The notes under the pieces: model-generated | What the model saw: only the letters and a program-made list of their open reading frames with translations | Databases searched by the model: none | What the model was told of the DNA's origin: nothing | Program-made: the position numbers and the translations under genes | Shown: piece after piece, positions 29,940 to 37,140 of the stretch | Layout: every line of letters begins with the position of its first letter | Position numbering within the stretch: position 1 is the first letter of the stretch | DNA from: Bacteroidaceae bacterium | GTDB lineage: Bacteria; Bacteroidota; Bacteroidia; Bacteroidales; Bacteroidaceae | Assembly (NCBI GenBank): GCA_045644005.1 | Contig: JAZRGF010000119.1 | Span: forward strand, 1-45,032 | Length of the DNA stretch: 45,032 nucleotides | Reading direction: 5' to 3'

Positions 29940-30641
29940 ATGAAAAAGATTGTAATCCTGTCTGGTGCCGGAATGAGTGTAGAGAGCGGCCTTGGCACCT
30001 TCCGTGGTGGCGGTGGCCTGTGGGACGAGTACCCTGTTGAAAAGGTAGCAACTCCCGAGGGATATGCCTCCAACCCACAACTCGTCCTTGACTTCTATAA
30101 CAAACGCCGCCGTGAGCTGCTTACCGTGCAGCCCAATGAGGGCCACAGGCTTGTGGCATCCCTTGAAGAACGCTTCAATGTTACCGTTGTTACACAGAAC
30201 GTCGACAACCTTCACGAGCGTGCCGGCTCAACCAATGTCATCCACCTGCATGGCGAACTCATGAAGGCCTGTTCCTCGCGCCAACCGCAGAATCTTGACT
30301 ATGTTTGCATCCTGCCGTCACCCGATAGCGACCTGCACCTTGGCGACCTCGCAGCCGATGGCTCACAGCTGCGCCCTTTCATCGTGTGGTTCGGTGAGGC
30401 TGTACCACGCATGGAAGATGCTGTAGCTGCACTCGGAGATATCGATGCTTTTGTCATCATTGGCACTTCGCTCAATGTCTATCCTGCTGCAGGGTTGCTC
30501 AATTACGTGCCATACGGCGTTCCTGTCTATCTCATTGACCCCAATGATGTGCATGTTACAAGGCGTGATGTTATAGACAACAGGAAAGGAGCACCAGAGG
30601 GAATGCGTACACTAATTGAAGAACATCTTGATAAAATATGA
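29940..30641 (+). CDS. Sir2-family NAD-dependent protein deacylase
   Basis: Start at MKKIVILSGAGMSVESGLGTFRG. The track's longer ORF would run through the terminator. QNVDNLHERAG and the catalytic HLHGEL are present. The canonical CxxC...CxxC zinc tetrad is absent. Confidence 0.9.
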   Translation: MKKIVILSGAGMSVESGLGTFRGGGGLWDEYPVEKVATPEGYASNPQLVLDFYNKRRRELLTVQPNEGHRLVASLEERFNVTVVTQNVDNLHERAGSTNVIHLHGELMKACSSRQPQNLDYVCILPSPDSDLHLGDLAADGSQLRPFIVWFGEAVPRMEDAVAALGDIDAFVIIGTSLNVYPAAGLLNYVPYGVPVYLIDPNDVHVTRRDVIDNRKGAPEGMRTLIEEHLDKI

Positions 30642-30701
30642 AATGATTGCAATATTAAAATAATTTAACAATATAGGTTATTGCTTTTTAATTAAATGTG
30701 T

Positions 30702-30709
30702 TAAATTTG
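30702..30709 (+). promoter_or_regulatory. Bacteroidota -7 promoter box
   Basis: TAAATTTG about 90 nt upstream of the rubredoxin ATG. Confidence 0.35.
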
Positions 30710-30800
30710 CATTGGAAACAAACAAGGCATGAACTTTGACAAACTCCATGCATGAACAAATGTTTCCCAAGGATTGTTTAATTTTAAAATCAAGATAGTT

Positions 30801-30962
30801 ATGAAAAAGTATATCTGTACAGTATGTCAGTGGGTCTATGACCCCGAGATTGGCGATCCCGAGCAGGGAATTGAGCCTGGTGTAGCATTCGAGAATCTCC
30901 CCGACGACTATGTCTGCCCACTCTGCGGCGTAGGAAAGGATGAGTTAGAGGTAGAGGAGTAA
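30801..30962 (+). CDS. rubredoxin
   Basis: 53 aa: [20 protein letters not shown]...[13 protein letters not shown]. Two CxxC pairs with the classic spacing. Confidence 0.95.
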   Translation: MKKYICTVCQWVYDPEIGDPEQGIEPGVAFENLPDDYVCPLCGVGKDELEVEE

Positions 30963-31030
30963 TACGAATTCTAACTGAAACACGCCTATTAATTGAGTAT
31001 ACGCTTCCATGCGTTGACATTGCAATAATG

Positions 31031-31070
31031 ACAAGAATAGGGTTCCGGTGCACCGGAACCCTATTCTTGT
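31031..31070 (+). terminator. perfect 20+20-nt palindrome, a likely terminator; left bracket of the cassette
   Basis: ACAAGAATAGGGTTCCGGTG / CACCGGAACCCTATTCTTGT. Confidence 0.6.
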
Positions 31071-31141
31071 TACTACTCCCCTGATTCCTTTACCAGGTTA
31101 CTTCTTACTAGTCACTCCTGTCTCCCTTCTTTTCTTGAGCT

Positions 31142-31195
31142 TACAAGGCTTGTAAAGAGTCTACAAGGCTTGTAAACTCATTGATGCAACATCAA
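31142..31195. promoter_or_regulatory. operator-like palindromes: 2x TACAAG-G-CTTGTA spaced 20 bp, plus TTGATG-CAA-CATCAA
   Basis: TACAAGGCTTGTAAA occurs at 31142-31156 and again at 31162-31176. TTGATGCAACATCAA is at 31181-31195. All lie just upstream of the -7 box. Confidence 0.4.
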
Positions 31196-31202
31196 TCATA
31201 CA

Positions 31203-31210
31203 TAACTTTG
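31203..31210 (+). promoter_or_regulatory. Bacteroidota -7 promoter box of the cassette
   Basis: TAACTTTG 32 nt upstream of the ATG at 31242. Confidence 0.45.
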
Positions 31211-31241
31211 CACCATAAGTTGAACATTAAATAATAAAGTT

Positions 31242-31682
31242 ATGGGAAAATTATCAGACATTGTTAGAAATCCGGGTGTAGTAAGTCAGTATGTTCGTGG
31301 TATGGTCAGTGCAAAACGTGACACGAAGAATTGCTATAATCTTACCTTTGTAAAAGAAGCAAATGGCGGATGGTACATCGATTTGCCTAATTGGAAAGGT
31401 TCACATGCGAATCTTGCGATGGTGGCAGGTTCCGATTTGTTGCTCGACCATCTCCACAGAGAAAACAACAAAGTAGAAGTTGAGGTTGTTAAATCGGACA
31501 TTCCGTTGGATGATATGGACGGATATTTTGTGTGTGAGCAGCTTGAGATGTCAATGTTCGGGGGAGCGACATATAATGTATGTGGATTAGAGGGTTTTGA
31601 CAGGCCAATTTGGATTTGCCCTGTAACACTCTTCGTGCTTGGGGAATATCCTAAATATATATATATTTGTCAAACGAAATAA
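31242..31682 (+). CDS. hypothetical 146-aa protein, a conserved-looking small family of unknown function
   Basis: Clean ORF in the AT-rich cassette. Motifs GGWYIDLPNWKGSHANLAMVAGSDLLLD and PIWICPVTLFVLGEYPKYIYI. No signal peptide, TM helix or catalytic motif that I recognise. Confidence 0.6.
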   Translation: MGKLSDIVRNPGVVSQYVRGMVSAKRDTKNCYNLTFVKEANGGWYIDLPNWKGSHANLAMVAGSDLLLDHLHRENNKVEVEVVKSDIPLDDMDGYFVCEQLEMSMFGGATYNVCGLEGFDRPIWICPVTLFVLGEYPKYIYICQTK

Positions 31683-31692
31683 AACTGCAACT

Positions 31693-32697
31693 ATGATTTT
31701 GAATTATGGAATTCCAATTGGAGTAAGCAAGTTGCCATACCAACCTGCTATAGACGAGATATTGTATGTTGAAGGGAATCACACCATTAAAATAGAAAGG
31801 TGGAAGGTTGAGTATTACAAAGAGCTAATCAATAATTCATTAAGAAGTCCTGAACAATATGCGGAGGGCTATTTCTCTCTTATCATCGATATGTTGAATA
31901 ACCCATCTTTATGGACCGGTTTTACTACAGAGCAGCAACAGGCAATGAGAACAGAAATGATTGATAGCTTTGATTTTGCCACTTGTTCACTTTCTCGAAA
32001 AAAGTTTCTTCCTTCTTTATTCGTATATCATTCAAAGGTAGGGAATTGCAAATACAGGTTCCAACAATTTGTTATTGGCAATAATGGGTTGCTGCAGACT
32101 TTGGACGATGTTATTGCTTATATGGATTTTAGAGATAAGTCTTATGGAATAGATTTTGAGTCGCAATCAAAATTCCCGAGCGAAAGAGATGGCATTGTTG
32201 AGCAAATGCAGAATTGTGCCCGGAAATTGCTTGAAATAGGAATGGATAGAAATGAAATTATCGAAAACTTATTCAATAGCAAGCCAATGCAAAAGATGAA
32301 AGTTCTAAAAAATGGTGATATCTTATTGCAGGGAACAGAATATGGAGAAGCGAATATAAATCTACCGCCATTGGATAAGGCCATCTATTTATTGTTTCTT
32401 CGCCATCCCGAGGGTATCAATTTCAGCTATCTGCCCGATTATAGGGAGGAGCTTATGGAGATATACAGGAAACTGATGAAATATCGCACAACAGATTCTA
32501 TGTTGAAGAGTGTCGAGGATGTCACAGATCCGACAAAGAACTCCATCAATGAAAAATGCGCGCGCATCCGTCGTGCTTTTGTCGATGCCTTGGGACGTTA
32601 TCTGGCCTTCTCATATTACATTACAGGAAACAGAGGTGAGGCTAAGAAGATTGTTCTGGACAGACGTTATGTCAGTTGGGAAACAGAAGATGAATAA
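31693..32697 (+). CDS. hypothetical 334-aa protein with an HTH-like C-terminal module
   Basis: ATG at 31693, 10 nt after the previous stop. The C-terminal segment LPPLDKAIYLLFLRHPEGINFSYLPDYREELMEIYRKL...NSINEKCARIRRAF has the feel of a LuxR/sigma-region-4-type helix-turn-helix. The N-terminal 230 aa have no motif I recognise. Confidence 0.6.
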   Translation: MILNYGIPIGVSKLPYQPAIDEILYVEGNHTIKIERWKVEYYKELINNSLRSPEQYAEGYFSLIIDMLNNPSLWTGFTTEQQQAMRTEMIDSFDFATCSLSRKKFLPSLFVYHSKVGNCKYRFQQFVIGNNGLLQTLDDVIAYMDFRDKSYGIDFESQSKFPSERDGIVEQMQNCARKLLEIGMDRNEIIENLFNSKPMQKMKVLKNGDILLQGTEYGEANINLPPLDKAIYLLFLRHPEGINFSYLPDYREELMEIYRKLMKYRTTDSMLKSVEDVTDPTKNSINEKCARIRRAFVDALGRYLAFSYYITGNRGEAKKIVLDRRYVSWETEDE

Positions 32698-32700
32698 TAT

Positions 32701-32740
32701 AACATTAAAGAGAGTTCCGGCCGGAACTCTCTTTAATGTT
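32701..32740. terminator. perfect 20+20-nt palindrome, a bidirectional terminator; right bracket of the cassette
   Basis: AACATTAAAGAGAGTTCCGG / CCGGAACTCTCTTTAATGTT. Lies between convergent genes and overlaps the ygiQ stop codon by 2 nt. Confidence 0.6.
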
Positions 32741-34595
32741 ATATCCCTAATTTCTTTACCAGGTCATTCCTGCCCATCCTGCGCAGCAGTTGTGCTATCT
32801 GCTTGCGCTCCTCGGGCTTGTACCAGAAGAAGAACCTCCTCTGCGCCTCCTTGTCCTTCATTGAGCGTGCAACGTACACATTCTCTCCCGTTTCGGGGTT
32901 TATGCCGGTGTAGTACATTTCAGTGGCCATTGTCATTGGCGTGGGGGTGAAGTCCTGCACCTGCTCCAGGTGGAAATTCAGCTGTCTGGTCTCTGCTGCA
33001 AGCTCGGCCATCGCCTCAACCGTGCTGCCGGGGTGGCTGCTGATGAAGTAGGGGATTATCTGCTGCTTGAGGTTATACCTGCTGTTGATGCGGTCGAATA
33101 TGCGTTTGAAGTCATGGAACTGCTTGAACGACGGCTTGCGCATTAGCTTTAGCACTGCGTCGTTAGTGTGCTCGGGAGCCACCTTCAAACGGCCGCTGAC
33201 GTGATTACGTATCAGTCCCTCGGTGTATCTGTCTGTCCCCTCGTCGCGCTGTTTGTCGCCCGTTCTATGGAGCAGCATGTCATATCTCACGCCACTGCCA
33301 ATGAAGCTCTTCTTTATGCAGGGCAGTGCATCGACCTTCTTGTACAGCTCGAGCAGTGCGCTATGGTCGATATTCATGTTGGGGCAAATTTTCGGCTGTA
33401 TACACGACGGGCGTGAGCACTTGGCGCACAGGTCGCTGTTCTTGCCCTTCATCATGTACATGTTGGCCGATGGGCCTCCAAGGTCACTGAGGTAGCCCTT
33501 GAAATCGTCCATCGCAGCAATCTCCTTTATCTCGCGCAGAATGCTCTCCTGGCTGCGGTTTACAATGAACTTGCCCTGGTGGGCCGATATGGTGCAGAAG
33601 GCACAGCCTCCGAAACAGCCACGGTGTATGTTCACCGAGTGCTTTATCATGTCATATGCCGGTATGCGCTTGCCGTTGTACTTGGGGTGGGGCAGGCGTG
33701 TGTAAGGCAGGTCAAAGCTGTGGTCGAGCTGCTCGGTTGTCATTGTGGGGAACGGCGGGTTAATTACCACCACACCCTCGTCATACTCCTGCATCAGTCT
33801 CTTTGCACTCACCTTGTTCGACTCCTTCTCAATCGCAAGGAAGTTCGCGGCCTGCTTTGCCTTCTCCTTCAGACACACTGCATGGGGCGCAAGAAGCTTG
33901 TCCTGTGACTCGTCAATGGTAATGTCGCTCTTGCGTGCAAGGTATCCGGTCTGGCGTATCTCCTTGGTTATCTCGCGTGCCACATCGGCTGTCATGTGCC
34001 CGGCACCGCTCTCCTGCAGCTTTGCCTGCATAGCCTTGCACAGCGCGGTCATGGGCTGTTCGCCCATGCCATATACAAGCACGTCGGCCTTGCTGTCGAC
34101 AAGAATGCTCTTCATCAGGCGGTCCTGCCAATAGTCGTAGTGCGTGAAGCGGCGCATTGATGCCTCAATGCCGCCAATGACAACAGGGGCGTCGGGGTAG
34201 AGTTTCTTGAGTATGTTCGAATATACCGTTGTCGCATATTCGGGGCGCATGCTGTGCTTGCCGTTGGGCGAGTAGGCGTCCTCGCTGCGGAATCGTTTGG
34301 CTGCGGTGTATTTGTTGACCATTGAGTCCATGCAACCGGCCGATATTCCAAAGAACAGGCGGGGACGTCCCATCTTCTTGAAGTCGCGCAGGTCGTCCTG
34401 CCAGTTTGGCTGCGGAACAATGGCCACGCGCAACCCTTCAGCCTCCAGCAGACGGCAGATGACAGCCGCGCCGAACGATGGGTGGTCGACATACGCATCA
34501 CCGCTGAACATTACAACGTCCAGCTCATCCCATCCGCGCAGTTCGGCCTCCTTGCGGGTGGTGGGCAGCCAATCGGTAATCTTTCTGTTACTCAT
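32739..34595 (-). CDS. ygiQ: YgiQ-family (UPF0313) radical SAM protein
   Basis: Start at MSNRKITDWLPTTRKEAELRGWDELDVVMFSGDAYVDHPSFG, a typical YgiQ N-terminus. Radical-SAM cluster motif is CFGGCAFC. Confidence 0.9.
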   Translation of the reverse strand: MSNRKITDWLPTTRKEAELRGWDELDVVMFSGDAYVDHPSFGAAVICRLLEAEGLRVAIVPQPNWQDDLRDFKKMGRPRLFFGISAGCMDSMVNKYTAAKRFRSEDAYSPNGKHSMRPEYATTVYSNILKKLYPDAPVVIGGIEASMRRFTHYDYWQDRLMKSILVDSKADVLVYGMGEQPMTALCKAMQAKLQESGAGHMTADVAREITKEIRQTGYLARKSDITIDESQDKLLAPHAVCLKEKAKQAANFLAIEKESNKVSAKRLMQEYDEGVVVINPPFPTMTTEQLDHSFDLPYTRLPHPKYNGKRIPAYDMIKHSVNIHRGCFGGCAFCTISAHQGKFIVNRSQESILREIKEIAAMDDFKGYLSDLGGPSANMYMMKGKNSDLCAKCSRPSCIQPKICPNMNIDHSALLELYKKVDALPCIKKSFIGSGVRYDMLLHRTGDKQRDEGTDRYTEGLIRNHVSGRLKVAPEHTNDAVLKLMRKPSFKQFHDFKRIFDRINSRYNLKQQIIPYFISSHPGSTVEAMAELAAETRQLNFHLEQVQDFTPTPMTMATEMYYTGINPETGENVYVARSMKDKEAQRRFFFWYKPEERKQIAQLLRRMGRNDLVKKLGI

Positions 34596-34902
34596 TTGTC
34601 TCTGTTGCTTCCTCTGCTGCTGCCATCCACTCGGTGTAGTGCTTGATGAGGTTCTTGAGTCCAAGAGCCTTCATGTCCTCGTGGTAAAGGATTGGACAGA
34701 TGTCGAGCAGCTCCTTCGATGCCATTGTTTGTGATGCAATGAGCGAGCGCACTGTGAGGCGCAGTTTGTTAAGTGATTCCTCGTCAATGACACCTGTGCT
34801 GTTGGCAATTCTGTCGAGCAGTGAATATTTTTTGATTATCTGCAGTTGTTCTTCGGTTACCTCTATGGTTCTTGTACCCGATGCGTTTGCGTTGATTTTC
34901 AT
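34588..34902 (-). CDS. hypothetical small acidic protein (104 aa), translationally coupled to ygiQ
   Basis: Start chosen at MKINANASG (ATG at 34902). The longer track ORF would translate the intergenic repeat copies. Its stop overlaps the ygiQ ATG by 8 nt (ATGAGTAA). Confidence 0.45.
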   Translation of the reverse strand: MKINANASGTRTIEVTEEQLQIIKKYSLLDRIANSTGVIDEESLNKLRLTVRSLIASQTMASKELLDICPILYHEDMKALGLKNLIKHYTEWMAAAEEATETNE

Positions 34903-34948
34903 ATTATTGTATGTTTTAGTCTGTTCTATCTGTTTTGGCGATTCATTC

Positions 34949-35025
34949 AGATACTTCGCTTCGCTCAGTATGACAGCTACGCGGTTTTTGTCTGTTTTAG
35001 ACACTTCGCTTTGCTCAGTATGACA
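34949..35025 (+). repeat. two direct copies, 50-nt period, of a short intergenic repeat family (...TCGCTTYGCTCAGTATGACA)
   Basis: AGATACTTCGCTTCGCTCAGTATGACA (34949-34975) versus AGACACTTCGCTTTGCTCAGTATGACA (34999-35025); 25 of 27 positions are identical. Confidence 0.7.
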
Positions 35026-35027
35026 TA

Positions 35028-35459
35028 TCAGTCGTTGATGGTCACTTTTATTGTGCGTGTGCCGTCATTGCTCTCGGTGATGTCCACTCTGATGTGCTCC
35101 TCGGGCAGCAGCTCCTCAATGAGTTCCGGCCACTCAATGAAGCAGTAGGCGTTGCTGTAGAAGTATTCCTCGTAGCCCATGTTGTAGACCTCGGTGAGGG
35201 ATTTTATGCGGTAGAAGTCGAAGTGGAATATTGTGTTTGCTTCCCTGTCCTCGTACTCGTTCACAATGGCAAATGTGGGCGAGTTGATGGTGTCCTCTAC
35301 ACCAAGCTCCTCGCACAGGCTCTTTATGAATGTGGTCTTGCCAGTGCCCATCTTGCCATAGAAGGCAAAGATGTTACCCTTCTGCAAAAAGCCTGTGAAC
35401 CACTTTGCTGCTGCGGGGTACTCCTCGAGGCAGTGTATTGTAAATGTCTGTTCGCTCAT
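35028..35459 (-). CDS. tsaE: tRNA t6A37 biosynthesis ATPase TsaE
   Basis: 143 aa. Walker A FYGKMGTGKTTFIK, SPTFAIVNEY and HFDFYRI. Confidence 0.9.
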   Translation of the reverse strand: MSEQTFTIHCLEEYPAAAKWFTGFLQKGNIFAFYGKMGTGKTTFIKSLCEELGVEDTINSPTFAIVNEYEDREANTIFHFDFYRIKSLTEVYNMGYEEYFYSNAYCFIEWPELIEELLPEEHIRVDITESNDGTRTIKVTIND

Positions 35460-37015
35460 TATTGTCGGTTGTTTTTAGGTTTCATTGTAATGAATGGCAC
35501 CAGCATCTCCTCCATTGATATGCCGCCGTGCTGGAACGTGTCCTTGTAGTACGACACGTAGTAGTTGTAGTTGTTGGGGTAGGCAAAGAACTTGTTGCCT
35601 GTGGCAAAAATGTAGCTGGTGCTTATGTTGGGCTGTGGCAGGAATGCCTTGGCCGGGTTCTTTATCTCAAAAACATCCTTGCCGCTGTAGTTGAGCGCCT
35701 TGCCCAGCTTGTAGCGCAGGTTGGTGTTGGTATTCTTGTCACCTATCACTTTAGTGGGGGTGTCTACCTGTATGCTGCCGTGGTCGGTTGTGATCACGAC
35801 GGTATATTGGCTCTCGGCAAGGTAGTCGAACAGCTTCTTTATTGCCGAGTGGCGTATCCACGACTGTGTGATGGAGCGGTATGCCGCCTCATTGGCTGCC
35901 AGCTCGCGCACCATCATGGACTCTGTGCGTGCGTGCGAGAGCATGTCGATGAAGTTCACCACAAGCACGTTGATGTCGTTCTTTGCCAGGCTGTGTATAT
36001 TGTCGATGTACTTCTCTGCTGCTGCCGATGTGAGTACCTTGCCATAGGAGTAGCTATCCTTGCGGCGGTAGCGTGCAATCTGTGTGCCAATGAGTGCCTC
36101 CTCGTTGAGGTTCTTGCCCTCTTCCTCCTCCTCGTCAACCCACAGTTGCGGGAACATCTCCTTTATCTGGCTTGGCATTAGGCCGGCGAAAATTGCGTTG
36201 CGGGCATACTGTGTTGCCGTGGGCAGGATGGTGGTGTATAGCTCCTCCTCAATGGTGAAGCTGCCGCCAATCTCCTTTGCCAGCATGCGCCACTGGTCGT
36301 AGCGGAAGTTGTCCATGATAATCATGAACACCTTCTCGCCCTTGTCGACAAGCGGGAATATGCGCTCGCGGAACAGGTCGTGGCTCATGAGCGGGCGCTC
36401 CTGGCGGTCGGCCGCCATCCACTCCATGTAGTTGTTCTTCACAAAGCGTGCATAGATGCTGTTGGCCTCCTCCTTCTGGGACTTGAGCATGTCGTGCATC
36501 TGTGTGTCGGCCTCCTCAAGTTGCAGCTCCCAATAGACAATCTTGCGGTATATCTCCATCCACTCCTCGGTGGTGCGCGCATCGCTTATCTGCATCGACA
36601 GTTTGCCGAAGTTCTGCTGGTAGGCAGTGTTGGCCTTCTCTGCCACAATCTCCTTGCGGTGAATGTTCTTCTTCAGTGTAAGGAGAATCTGGTTGGGGTT
36701 CACGGGCTTTATGAGGTAGTCGGCAATCTTTGAACCTATGGCCTGCTCCATGATGTCCTCCTCCTCGCTCTTTGTGACCATGACAACAGGTGTCTGCGGG
36801 TGCATCTCCTTTATCATGTTCAATGTCTCAAGGCCGGTGAGTCCGGGCATGTTCTCATCGAGCAGTACAAGGTCAAATGCCTCCCTGGTGCAGGCATCAA
36901 TGGCATCGGGGCCGTTGGTCACGGTTGTGACCTCGTACCCTTTGCCCTGCAGGAATATTATGTGGGCCTTGAGCAGTTCAATCTCATCGTCGGCCCATAG
37001 TAAACGGTATGCCAT
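35459..37015 (-). CDS. porX: PorX-type response regulator (receiver domain plus PglZ/alkaline-phosphatase-superfamily domain) of the T9SS
   Basis: Start at MAYRLLWADDEIELLKAHIIFL. The receiver domain carries DLVLLDENMPGLTG. The long C-terminal PglZ-like domain has TDHGSIQV. Its stop overlaps the tsaE ATG (TAATG). Confidence 0.85.
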   Translation of the reverse strand: MAYRLLWADDEIELLKAHIIFLQGKGYEVTTVTNGPDAIDACTREAFDLVLLDENMPGLTGLETLNMIKEMHPQTPVVMVTKSEEEDIMEQAIGSKIADYLIKPVNPNQILLTLKKNIHRKEIVAEKANTAYQQNFGKLSMQISDARTTEEWMEIYRKIVYWELQLEEADTQMHDMLKSQKEEANSIYARFVKNNYMEWMAADRQERPLMSHDLFRERIFPLVDKGEKVFMIIMDNFRYDQWRMLAKEIGGSFTIEEELYTTILPTATQYARNAIFAGLMPSQIKEMFPQLWVDEEEEEGKNLNEEALIGTQIARYRRKDSYSYGKVLTSAAAEKYIDNIHSLAKNDINVLVVNFIDMLSHARTESMMVRELAANEAAYRSITQSWIRHSAIKKLFDYLAESQYTVVITTDHGSIQVDTPTKVIGDKNTNTNLRYKLGKALNYSGKDVFEIKNPAKAFLPQPNISTSYIFATGNKFFAYPNNYNYYVSYYKDTFQHGGISMEEMLVPFITMKPKNNRQ

Positions 37016-37036
37016 ATATGTCTGTTTTTCGCATTC

Positions 37037-37114
37037 TGTCATTTCGAACAAATGTGAGAAATCTCAAAAAGTATGGCCTAAGATTTCTCGTCGCTTTGCT
37101 CTGTCGAAATGACA
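37037..37114. repeat. composite inverted repeat built from two copies of the AGATTTCTC-N-TCGAAATGACA element
   Basis: TGTCATTTCGA-ACAAATGT-GAGAAATCT (37037-37064), a 16-nt spacer, then AGATTTCTC-GTCGCTTTGCTCTG-TCGAAATGACA (37081-37114). Lies between the porW stop and the porX start. Confidence 0.7.
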
Positions 37115-37140
37115 AAACCGTTCGGTTGACTGTTGTTTTT

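Noticed and set aside
30727-30757. Direct 8-mer repeat GCATGAAC (30727-30734 and 30750-30757) in the rubredoxin leader as a regulator site
   Set aside because: It is too short to separate from chance and I recognise no matching known operator consensus. Noted only.
34903-35004. Longer version of the small ORF starting at 35004 (MSKTDKNRVAVILSEAKYLNESP...)
   Set aside because: The extra residues are simply the translation of the two intergenic repeat copies. I preferred the start at MKINANASG, although even the short ORF is uncertain.
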